64,000 bases of DNA from Eledone cirrhosa (Eukaryota): NCBI GenBank assembly GCA_964016885.1, contig CAXHJY010000125.1, positions 1 through 64,000 of the forward strand, read 5' to 3'. The translations under genes and the position numbers were made by a program. This document shows positions 46,355-64,000 of the stretch, piece after piece. Every line of letters begins with the position of its first letter. The stretch's first letter is position 1. Below the pieces are notes generated by a model, which saw only the letters and a list, made by a program, of their open reading frames with translations, was not told the origin of the DNA and did not search any database.

Positions 46355-48265
46355 TTATACTTCTCTTAGGTCAGTGTTGTTTGTTTGGGTGTTGTTGTTG
46401 TTCCACTCATTCTTTCTGTTTAGCTTTGGTCTTCTAATTTCTATTTCACTGGCCTCTCTGATTTGCCTATCTGCTGGGTCATTCCTATGTTTAGATATTA
46501 TTCTAATTTCTATGTTGTCTATGTTACCGTCATGATGTTGTCTAGCATGTTCGTATAGTACTGACCCGTTTTTTCGTCCTTTTAGTTCCCCCCAGTGTTG
46601 GTCTATCCTTTCACCTATGCTACGAGCTGTCTCACCTATGTATGTTGTTGTCGTGTTTCTGCAAGTACCCTCTGTACATCTTATGCTATAGACTACGTTT
46701 CTAGTTTTACAGTTTATCCGGGGGTTCACCTTACATATGATACATTTCCTATTGGTACAGTGGGTTTTCTTAAAAGGGTAGGTTTTGCTGATCAGGGATT
46801 TTATGGTGGTTCCTGGCTTTTCTACCACCTTTATTTTTAAGTGGGTCTTTCTCAGGGCCTTTCTACACTGGTTAGCTAATTTCCCTCCAGGGGTGGCGTC
46901 CACAAACATGACACTCTGATATCTCTGGTTGTCGTACCATGATGTGGCCTTCCCTATCTTATGTCTAGCCCTATCTAAGCTATTCCATGATTTGCTCCTG
47001 TATAGTGGGCAAATTCCTTTCATGTCCAGTTCTATGAGGGTCTTATACTTTTCCATGGCTCCTTCGTATACTCTGACTCTGTCTCTTTGGTTGTAGCCAG
47101 AGAACTGCATGCGGTTGATGAAGTGTTGGATGTGTCCTTCCATTTCTGTTGGGTCGCACATGCTGGACACATTCTTCATCACTCGTACCAAATCTGCGAT
47201 CAGAATATTAAACTTAGCACTACTGGACATTGCTGAGTTTTTGAGTATCAGGTATTTGGAGGCCATGGGTTTAGCATAGTGTGAGTGGAGAATTTGGGCT
47301 CTCTCGTCTATAGTGTTAATCCAGAGTTCTGTGTCTAATACAGGTAGTCTATTGTTAGGGTGTTTGGAAGGGAAGTCTATAGTTACAGTTATACTCTGGT
47401 GTATGGAATTAGCTATCTGCTGGATGCTTTCCATCGTGCTACGTTCTAAATCAAACTTGTTAGTGCTCTCTAGTGGGGGTGTTCTTATAACTATATTGAT
47501 ATCGTCTACATAACGAGAGTACATGATGAGGTCTATGGAGCTTTCATTAAGGAGATCTTTAAGTCTCCTTTCCCACCATACCATGAAAAGGTTGGCAACA
47601 TCGCCAGCTATGCTGACGCCGATGGCTGCTCCCTCATTTTGGGTGTAGATTTTCTCATTGAACTTAAATATGTGGCCCTTTAGGGTAGTTTTGATACTAG
47701 CCCCTATTGCATGTGCGACCATTTTTCTTACCTGATCAGTGTTTTGGGGGGTCCGTATAGCTTTGGTCCACCCAATCCACCTTCCTATGGGAGTCTTTTT
47801 AGCCATTGAGGTTATGGTGGGGGGTCTACCTCTTATAGGTCTACTAGGGCAGAAACATCTAAGGTCATGGCTGTCTAGGTAGTCAGTGTCGTAGGTAAGT
47901 CTAAGTAGGAGGCCCAGTTCGTCTGTGTCGACGTCGCAGAACTCCACCTCACTCTCAATGATCATCTCCACACATCTTTTCACAGCAAAATCAATGTTAA
48001 TGGATGGGTACAGTGACACCACATCCATGCTGCCTATTATGCAGTTGGATAGGCTCCTGTTTTTGTTGCACTCACTGATTCCGCTGAGGAGGTCCTCTGT
48101 ACTTTCACATACATCTGGGGACATCTTGATTATGGGGCGTATAACCATTGAGAGGAAGTAGGAGATCCTGTAGTTGCTAGCTATATTAGCTCCGCATACA
48201 GGTCTTGTTGGTGGTCCTATTGTCGGGTCGTCGACTGTCTTGTGGTCTTTGCGGAGCCCATACAA
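46355..48265 (-). CDS. PLE RT + GIY-YIG, 5' truncated (left arm, 636 aa)
   Basis: KDHK, TRPVC, SMDVVSLYPSI, GAAIG, YVDD, NVVYSIRC..YIGET; identical translation to the right arm; no native start. Confidence 0.88.
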   Translation of the reverse strand: MYGLRKDHKTVDDPTIGPPTRPVCGANIASNYRISYFLSMVIRPIIKMSPDVCESTEDLLSGISECNKNRSLSNCIIGSMDVVSLYPSINIDFAVKRCVEMIIESEVEFCDVDTDELGLLLRLTYDTDYLDSHDLRCFCPSRPIRGRPPTITSMAKKTPIGRWIGWTKAIRTPQNTDQVRKMVAHAIGASIKTTLKGHIFKFNEKIYTQNEGAAIGVSIAGDVANLFMVWWERRLKDLLNESSIDLIMYSRYVDDINIVIRTPPLESTNKFDLERSTMESIQQIANSIHQSITVTIDFPSKHPNNRLPVLDTELWINTIDERAQILHSHYAKPMASKYLILKNSAMSSSAKFNILIADLVRVMKNVSSMCDPTEMEGHIQHFINRMQFSGYNQRDRVRVYEGAMEKYKTLIELDMKGICPLYRSKSWNSLDRARHKIGKATSWYDNQRYQSVMFVDATPGGKLANQCRKALRKTHLKIKVVEKPGTTIKSLISKTYPFKKTHCTNRKCIICKVNPRINCKTRNVVYSIRCTEGTCRNTTTTYIGETARSIGERIDQHWGELKGRKNGSVLYEHARQHHDGNIDNIEIRIISKHRNDPADRQIREASEIEIRRPKLNRKNEWNNNNTQTNNTDLREV

Positions 48266-48394
48266 GGGTGGTATGCCATTGTTAGACGCCTGGAAGTTGT
48301 TGGCAGTGCGTCTGCTTGGCTTTAGGATGACATCCTAAAGCCAAGCAGACGCACTGCCAACAACTTCCAGGCGTCTAACAATGGCATACCACCC

Positions 48395-50305
48395 TTGTAT
48401 GGGCTCCGCAAAGACCACAAGACAGTCGACGACCCGACAATAGGACCACCAACAAGACCTGTATGCGGAGCTAATATAGCTAGCAACTACAGGATCTCCT
48501 ACTTCCTCTCAATGGTTATACGCCCCATAATCAAGATGTCCCCAGATGTATGTGAAAGTACAGAGGACCTCCTCAGCGGAATCAGTGAGTGCAACAAAAA
48601 CAGGAGCCTATCCAACTGCATAATAGGCAGCATGGATGTGGTGTCACTGTACCCATCCATTAACATTGATTTTGCTGTGAAAAGATGTGTGGAGATGATC
48701 ATTGAGAGTGAGGTGGAGTTCTGCGACGTCGACACAGACGAACTGGGCCTCCTACTTAGACTTACCTACGACACTGACTACCTAGACAGCCATGACCTTA
48801 GATGTTTCTGCCCTAGTAGACCTATAAGAGGTAGACCCCCCACCATAACCTCAATGGCTAAAAAGACTCCCATAGGAAGGTGGATTGGGTGGACCAAAGC
48901 TATACGGACCCCCCAAAACACTGATCAGGTAAGAAAAATGGTCGCACATGCAATAGGGGCTAGTATCAAAACTACCCTAAAGGGCCACATATTTAAGTTC
49001 AATGAGAAAATCTACACCCAAAATGAGGGAGCAGCCATCGGCGTCAGCATAGCTGGCGATGTTGCCAACCTTTTCATGGTATGGTGGGAAAGGAGACTTA
49101 AAGATCTCCTTAATGAAAGCTCCATAGACCTCATCATGTACTCTCGTTATGTAGACGATATCAATATAGTTATAAGAACACCCCCACTAGAGAGCACTAA
49201 CAAGTTTGATTTAGAACGTAGCACGATGGAAAGCATCCAGCAGATAGCTAATTCCATACACCAGAGTATAACTGTAACTATAGACTTCCCTTCCAAACAC
49301 CCTAACAATAGACTACCTGTATTAGACACAGAACTCTGGATTAACACTATAGACGAGAGAGCCCAAATTCTCCACTCACACTATGCTAAACCCATGGCCT
49401 CCAAATACCTGATACTCAAAAACTCAGCAATGTCCAGTAGTGCTAAGTTTAATATTCTGATCGCAGATTTGGTACGAGTGATGAAGAATGTGTCCAGCAT
49501 GTGCGACCCAACAGAAATGGAAGGACACATCCAACACTTCATCAACCGCATGCAGTTCTCTGGCTACAACCAAAGAGACAGAGTCAGAGTATACGAAGGA
49601 GCCATGGAAAAGTATAAGACCCTCATAGAACTGGACATGAAAGGAATTTGCCCACTATACAGGAGCAAATCATGGAATAGCTTAGATAGGGCTAGACATA
49701 AGATAGGGAAGGCCACATCATGGTACGACAACCAGAGATATCAGAGTGTCATGTTTGTGGACGCCACCCCTGGAGGGAAATTAGCTAACCAGTGTAGAAA
49801 GGCCCTGAGAAAGACCCACTTAAAAATAAAGGTGGTAGAAAAGCCAGGAACCACCATAAAATCCCTGATCAGCAAAACCTACCCTTTTAAGAAAACCCAC
49901 TGTACCAATAGGAAATGTATCATATGTAAGGTGAACCCCCGGATAAACTGTAAAACTAGAAACGTAGTCTATAGCATAAGATGTACAGAGGGTACTTGCA
50001 GAAACACGACAACAACATACATAGGTGAGACAGCTCGTAGCATAGGTGAAAGGATAGACCAACACTGGGGGGAACTAAAAGGACGAAAAAACGGGTCAGT
50101 ACTATACGAACATGCTAGACAACATCATGACGGTAACATAGACAACATAGAAATTAGAATAATATCTAAACATAGGAATGACCCAGCAGATAGGCAAATC
50201 AGAGAGGCCAGTGAAATAGAAATTAGAAGACCAAAGCTAAACAGAAAGAATGAGTGGAACAACAACAACACCCAAACAAACAACACTGACCTAAGAGAAG
50301 TATAA
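48395..50305 (+). CDS. PLE RT + GIY-YIG, 5' truncated (right arm, 636 aa)
   Basis: as for the left arm. Confidence 0.88.
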   Translation: MYGLRKDHKTVDDPTIGPPTRPVCGANIASNYRISYFLSMVIRPIIKMSPDVCESTEDLLSGISECNKNRSLSNCIIGSMDVVSLYPSINIDFAVKRCVEMIIESEVEFCDVDTDELGLLLRLTYDTDYLDSHDLRCFCPSRPIRGRPPTITSMAKKTPIGRWIGWTKAIRTPQNTDQVRKMVAHAIGASIKTTLKGHIFKFNEKIYTQNEGAAIGVSIAGDVANLFMVWWERRLKDLLNESSIDLIMYSRYVDDINIVIRTPPLESTNKFDLERSTMESIQQIANSIHQSITVTIDFPSKHPNNRLPVLDTELWINTIDERAQILHSHYAKPMASKYLILKNSAMSSSAKFNILIADLVRVMKNVSSMCDPTEMEGHIQHFINRMQFSGYNQRDRVRVYEGAMEKYKTLIELDMKGICPLYRSKSWNSLDRARHKIGKATSWYDNQRYQSVMFVDATPGGKLANQCRKALRKTHLKIKVVEKPGTTIKSLISKTYPFKKTHCTNRKCIICKVNPRINCKTRNVVYSIRCTEGTCRNTTTTYIGETARSIGERIDQHWGELKGRKNGSVLYEHARQHHDGNIDNIEIRIISKHRNDPADRQIREASEIEIRRPKLNRKNEWNNNNTQTNNTDLREV

Positions 50306-50576
50306 ATAAATAAGTAAATTAAATTAAATAAAATAAGATAAATAAATACATACACAAGCACATAAACACACACTAGTCACCCAGCAGACACAACACTATA
50401 CACACTAGTCACACATCACACATAACACTATACACACACGCAAACGCATGCGCAAAGAAGACAAAATAAAATAAGATAAACAAACAAGCAAATAAATAAA
50501 TAAATAAATATATAGACAGACTGAACAAAAAAAATGGCGTAGACATACAACACAACAGGAGGAACAATGAATATAA

Positions 50577-50619
50577 CACCACTGACGATGTTGCAGATGT
50601 GCAACGAAAGATTTATGTA
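50577..50619 (+). ncRNA. Minimal hammerhead motif (right arm), weak stem I
   Basis: CA-CTGACGA-t-GTTGCA gatg TGCAAC-GAAA-gatt-TA-TG; same position and layout as the element D ribozyme. Confidence 0.6.
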
Positions 50620-50885
50620 AACTATATATATATGTGTTTGTCTATATTGTATCTGTATTATTTTTGACCGCCGGTCAGTCAATGGCAACATTGAGGACCG
50701 AGTAAGTTAGATCGCAGATATATATATATAAAAGACAGCGAGAAGCGAAAACCAACCAAACAGTGAGTGTGTTCTGTTATTAATTCTGGCAATATTACGC
50801 AAATATGACCCTCCCCAAATATAACAATATCTGTTTCGACACACGATTTCATATAAAAAACCTCGCAAAACTAATTCATCGCCGC

Positions 50886-53095
<2,210 letters not shown>

Positions 53096-53096
53096 T

Positions 53097-53703
53097 ATGT
53101 CAGGTCACCAGTTGGTGCTACTGGTAACATGTATCCCAGTACAACCTGTCTCATGGTCGGGTCGTTGGCGACTAAACTGGCAACCCCACCAAGGTTTCTT
53201 GGTGAGGAGGGTGACTTTGGACATCCTGCAGGACTAAAAACAAAACCTGTCAAAGGGCAAGGGAGCTCTTAAGACTCAATAGCCATCCAAAATCACCGGG
53301 AGAGATGACCCCTTAGCCTTTGTCAAGGCACAATTCTAGGAGAAGGAAAACTCTGATATAACACCTGCAACCCTGATGGTATCCAATGATGTTGACTTGT
53401 TCTTCTTTTTGGTAAATATCATCTTGGTTAAAAGAGTGGGACTGGCTTTGTGCAGTGCCTTTGCTCACTATAAAAGCTTCACAGCACAGGCATTGCTTTA
53501 TATCTGGAGATCTCTCTGCACTTGTCATCACATGGTCAATATGATGCACTATGTGTCAATAATGGTCACAAGTGTAGTCTTTGTACCAGAGTTTTCAAGT
53601 CGCTGGCTGGACTAAAAAGTCACATTCGTTCAGCGCATCGGTAGGGGTTCTCCTACATGGATATAAAGCAGTGGCCGTACTCGAAAACGAGTTGGCAGCC
53701 ACC
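53097..53703 (+). mobile_element. Probable internally deleted RTE-like derivative (5' UTR-like leader + C2H2-coding 3' end)
   Basis: GGAGAAGGAAAACTCTGAT leader motif; [24 protein letters not shown] then stop at 53644; TA flanks. Confidence 0.55.
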
Positions 53704-60028
<6,325 letters not shown>

Positions 60029-61174
60029 AGGTGTGTATACATTTGCTTCGTTTTGTAATTTCCGGTTGATTGTTTTTATTTACCACTCACTGTCTGGCTT
60101 TGCTCATCCACACATGTCTGTCTACTAACCTTGAAATTATAAGTATTTATTTATTTATATATTATATGCCTATTTTTAAAATATATTACATTATGATATA
60201 GATCCTTAATACTTACCGTTTATTATATATAACATTAAGATAGTTAAACTTTATATTTTTTAATATTTTTTATATTTTTATATTTTAATATTTTAACATT
60301 GTAATATGTAACATTATTGTATTTAGACTTTACATATCTTGTTAGATGTCTATATTTTTTCTGTAACAACATATTTTTTCTGTAACATCATAATTGTTCC
60401 CTGTACCAATATAGTTTTTTTGAGTATTATTGTATTATATTATATGATTGATATTTCCCCATTTATTATGTAACCTAGTATGAATCATGTTGTACATATT
60501 GATTATGGTAATTGTTAATATAATGTTAACAATTTATCATTGTATTTCACTGTGACATCTATATTGTTTCTGTAAATTAACCGGAGATTATATATATTCT
60601 TATTATATATATCCTACTTTATTATATTGTATTATATTATATAATTTTGTTGTTTATTATTTATTATAAGTGTTTCTTGTAATTATTGCCTCATGTATAT
60701 TGGGTAGATGTATTAGCATTATTTTCACTATTACCATGCTTATTTTTATATTTTTGATGTTCAAACTTCCAATAGGGCTTAATTTCTGTGTAATAGAAAA
60801 TAGATATGTGTATTGTAATATGTGTGTGTGTGTGTGTGTGTGTGCGCACATATATACATGTATATATTGTACCTTTTGATTTTTGATTTGGAATTTCAGT
60901 GTTGGTATAGATATATTGTTATTATAATGTATTATACTGTGTTATATATAATTCCTGCTCTATATAACCAAATTTGTTTAGATTTAAGTTGGTGACTTTG
61001 GACTATATTTGTAATATGGTTCTTAATGTTATCTACATCCTTAGTTATTATAATTTTATTATTTTTATCTTCATTTTTATTATCGTATATCCTTGTAAGA
61101 GATTAGTGTATGTAAACTCCATATTCTTCAGAGTTTCTGGCTTGTATCTGCCGAAATTACCTCTTGTTGTTTTG

Positions 61175-61219
61175 ATTGCCCTGATGAGTCCTTAATAGGA
61201 CGAAACATTGTCGGCTAAT
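61175..61219 (+). ncRNA. Type I hammerhead ribozyme (minimal stem III)
   Basis: ATTGCC-CTGATGA-GTCCT taat AGGAC-GAAAC att GTC-GGCtAAT; predicted cleavage after 61212. Confidence 0.9.
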
Positions 61220-61442
61220 AAAAACTTTTGATGTATTAAAGGATTCTTTGTTTTACTCTCTTAATTTTTCGGCTCTGTTTAACTGCATTGAGTTATACCT
61301 TTTACTGTCATTTCTATAATACGAAGAGGGTGTTTGACTCAAACACGCTCCAGTATTCTAATCCTTGTAACTGCTCCCAATAGGTTGAGCTTACTCACAT
61401 ATATACTGGCATTTTGGCCTCTATATATTTTTATCTGACAGT

Positions 61443-64000
61443 ATGCTGACAAAGAGTTACTTGCCTTTATCTCTGAAAAATATTCCCACCCCCTCTAAGA
61501 ATACTTACCAAAAACTACTGATAGCTAGTGTTAACTCCTTTGTAAAAAGGATTAGATGGCGTGCGTTTCACTACGATAGTAATAAGAATAGGAACGACCC
61601 CAGGATTAGAACTAAGTTTAATAGCTACGGCTTCAAAACGTATAAGAGCCCACCACACAACATACTATTAGACAGTTTTGAAAGTGACTTACTCTCTCTG
61701 GTTAAAAATGTTAGGTTTAGGCCAAATGATAGACATAGAAACAATAGTAAATTTGATAAATTCCAGTCCAGACTTAAAAGTATTGTTAAGGGTTTCGGGG
61801 AGAATAAGTCCATTCTGGTCCCGGCAGATAAGACTAAGAATCTATACTCCATGGACTATAGTACATACCGCGATTTTATTTATAAAGAGTTATATAGAAA
61901 CTATAAAAAAACTACGCTTGAGAATGTGAACCACATCAATAGTGAGGGCCTTAGAATAGTCTCTGACCTCGGACTCGATAAGTATACCCAGCCTTATTAC
62001 CCTCGAGAACCGAGATTCACACTTAAGGACCATAAGGTTGATTTTATTAGTAACCCCTCAGTTAGACTTATCTGTCCTTCTAAGTCGGATATAGCCATTA
62101 TCAGTAAAAAAATCCTTGACCTTATTATACCAGATGTTAGGAATAGGGTTAATTTTAACTTATGGGGGAACACTAGGGAAGTTATAGATTGGTTCTCTGG
62201 GATTAATAGACTTGAATCTAATAAGTTTATCCAATTCGATATTGATGCCTACTACACATCAATTTCACCCATCCTCCTCAATAAAGCCTTAATGTTGGCC
62301 ATGAGAGTGTCCAGCCTTACACGATCGCAGGTAGATATTATACTAGCAGCCCGTAAAACTATTATTAAATTTGAGGACTCTTTTTGGACCCGTAAAAACA
62401 CGCCCAATAATTTCGACGTTACAATGGGTTTGAGCGATTCGGCCCAGGTTACTGATCTTGTTGGGTTGTTCCTCCTTAATGAACTATACGCTACCTTCCC
62501 GCACCTTGTAGGCGGACTATATCGTGATGATGCATTGTTTATAATTAACTCTAGTACCAACAATGTAGAACGTAATAAGAAGAAGCTTTATAAGTTTTTT
62601 AATAACTACAACCTTTCAATCACGATGGATAGAAATGATAGAGCGGTTAACTTTTTAGATGTGACTTTGGACTTGGCTACTAATAGTTTTAAACCCTTCC
62701 ATAAGCCTAATGAAATTCTTTCTTATGTTAGCCCCAATTCTAACCACCCTAAGTCTATGATAAACTCTATAATTAAGGGCGTTTCTAATAGGATTTCCAC
62801 ACTATCTAAGGACATAGGAACTTTTAATGAACATGCGGAGTACTACAATAACGCCCTAGCAAATTCAGGTCACTCTAGTAAAATAAATTATAATAATAGT
62901 AACTTTAGAAAGTCTCCGCTTACTCTTAATAATAATAACATTATATCACATAACATGGCTATGAATGTGAGTAGCAAACTTAGTAACCGTAGAACTTATA
63001 TAGGAGTATCTGAACCCACCCATAAGTTATCCCACCGGACTCGTAATAACAAATATAATACCTCTAAGAGACAAGTCGAGCCCCCTGTGCGCTCACGCAT
63101 TGGTGTCGGTTTGGCTGGATCTTGTTCTAGTAATGTTGCTCGTACTGATCCTATCATTGGCCTTAATCCTCTTGTAGGGACTCTGAACAACAGTGGATCT
63201 ACTGGAGGTAGAAAATATAATAGGCATAATGTAATTATGGCTGATTCTATGAATGCGGCTTCAAATATTCCCGATAGTAACCCTAGTCTCGAAGGTGGGA
63301 CTTTTGATAGAGGCAGGGTCGATAAGAATAAAAATAAAAATAGAAGGCGATTGAATACTTATTTCAACCCGCCATATAACCAGGATGTATCAACTAATAT
63401 CCCTAGGTCTTTCTTCACTATCCTGGAGAAAAATTTCCCCCCTTCTCACAAATACCATGGTATTTTTAATAAAAATGTTATTAAACTATCATTCTCTACC
63501 ACCCCTAATATTAGTTCTCATTTAGCTAGCACTAACAATAGGAAGATTAGGGATGGATTCTTCTCTCTGCAGACTAATAGTCTGAATGCATCGGACAATG
63601 CTTTACCACCAGAACAGTCCTTATCTAATAGAGATCCTAGGTGCAATACATCTCCACTTGAGCCAACCAATAACACCCGGAAGTGCAATTGTAGAGTGAG
63701 TGCTAACTGCCCTCTAAACGGTAACTGCCTTTCTAAAAACATAGTCTATGCTTGCGAGGTTATAACTAATTCCTCTAAAGGAACATATATAGGATCTACT
63801 TCAAACACTTTTAAGACTAGGTTTAACTCTCATATCTCTAACTTCAAACATATTAGGTTTAAGAATTCTACCTCTCTAGTGCATTATATCTGGGACCTTA
63901 AGGGAGCTTGTATACCATATAGCCTTAACTGGAGTTTAGTAGCACGATCTAACCACCTTTCTGCACATAGTAAGTTTTGTAATCTCTGTATACTTGAGAC
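61443..64000 (+). CDS. PLE RT + GIY-YIG protein, at least 852 aa, 3' incomplete
   Basis: ATG 61443; SLKNIP..RIRWRAFH, FIQFDIDAYY, FDVTMG, GLYRDD, FNPPY, CNCRVSANCPL, NIVY..YIGST, CNLC, with start, CxC and end checked in one frame; probably missing from the ORF track because no stop lies in the window. Confidence 0.9.
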   Translation, partial: MLTKSYLPLSLKNIPTPSKNTYQKLLIASVNSFVKRIRWRAFHYDSNKNRNDPRIRTKFNSYGFKTYKSPPHNILLDSFESDLLSLVKNVRFRPNDRHRNNSKFDKFQSRLKSIVKGFGENKSILVPADKTKNLYSMDYSTYRDFIYKELYRNYKKTTLENVNHINSEGLRIVSDLGLDKYTQPYYPREPRFTLKDHKVDFISNPSVRLICPSKSDIAIISKKILDLIIPDVRNRVNFNLWGNTREVIDWFSGINRLESNKFIQFDIDAYYTSISPILLNKALMLAMRVSSLTRSQVDIILAARKTIIKFEDSFWTRKNTPNNFDVTMGLSDSAQVTDLVGLFLLNELYATFPHLVGGLYRDDALFIINSSTNNVERNKKKLYKFFNNYNLSITMDRNDRAVNFLDVTLDLATNSFKPFHKPNEILSYVSPNSNHPKSMINSIIKGVSNRISTLSKDIGTFNEHAEYYNNALANSGHSSKINYNNSNFRKSPLTLNNNNIISHNMAMNVSSKLSNRRTYIGVSEPTHKLSHRTRNNKYNTSKRQVEPPVRSRIGVGLAGSCSSNVARTDPIIGLNPLVGTLNNSGSTGGRKYNRHNVIMADSMNAASNIPDSNPSLEGGTFDRGRVDKNKNKNRRRLNTYFNPPYNQDVSTNIPRSFFTILEKNFPPSHKYHGIFNKNVIKLSFSTTPNISSHLASTNNRKIRDGFFSLQTNSLNASDNALPPEQSLSNRDPRCNTSPLEPTNNTRKCNCRVSANCPLNGNCLSKNIVYACEVITNSSKGTYIGSTSNTFKTRFNSHISNFKHIRFKNSTSLVHYIWDLKGACIPYSLNWSLVARSNHLSAHSKFCNLCILE

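Larger units (their letters stand above)
45830..50885. mobile_element. Penelope-like element E as a 5-kb head-to-head palindrome plus 55-bp tail
   Basis: arms 45830-48329 and 48331-50830 mirror around a single A at 48330; tail 50831-50885 on the right arm only. Confidence 0.93.
60026..64000 (+). mobile_element. Penelope-like element F (Hydra-clade-like), apparently intact, runs off the window
   Basis: AT-rich pLTR-like leader with hammerhead, then a long ORF; left boundary approximate. Confidence 0.85.

Noticed and set aside
45830-50830. Palindrome as a pure sequencing fold-back artefact
   Set aside because: Flanks are not mirrored, the tail is asymmetric and related inverted geometry recurs with diverged arms in A and B; not fully excluded without reads.
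53100-53185. HDV-like or twister ribozyme call
   Set aside because: Complementary segments do not fit the canonical order or loop consensus by eye; kept only as a low-interest lead.
61420-61442. Intron acceptor (TTTTATCTGACAG) just before the ATG of element F
   Set aside because: No matching acceptor in related elements A and B and no clear donor; needs RNA data.

Overview
Eukaryotic, gene-free, repeat-saturated window. The SINE and RTE families resemble cephalopod (Octopus-like) repeats, which is an inference. Roughly half of the window is interrupted (TA)n satellite, which explains nearly all the long Ile/Tyr ORFs in the track. Inserted into these arrays are: (1) six Penelope-like element (PLE; RT plus C-terminal GIY-YIG) insertions, three carrying large inverted duplications, including a near-perfect 5-kb palindrome at 45830-50830, and one with an uninterrupted ORF running off the right edge; (2) a CR1-like LINE with an intact ORF2; (3) a 4.2-kb Ty3/Gypsy LTR element with a 5-bp TSD and a -1 frameshift signal; (4) RTE fragments and tRNA-derived SINEs. 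Reading both strands by eye gave 17 type I hammerhead ribozyme motifs. Several lie in ORF-less, terminally redundant 480-630 bp units (retrozyme-like) that share a GCTC..GTTGAGC hairpin with the autonomous PLEs, and two carry the compensatory U3-A8 core. The best candidate system is a TA-targeting community of PLEs plus non-coding ribozyme-bearing passengers. Ribozyme activity, clade names and mechanisms are untested inferences.
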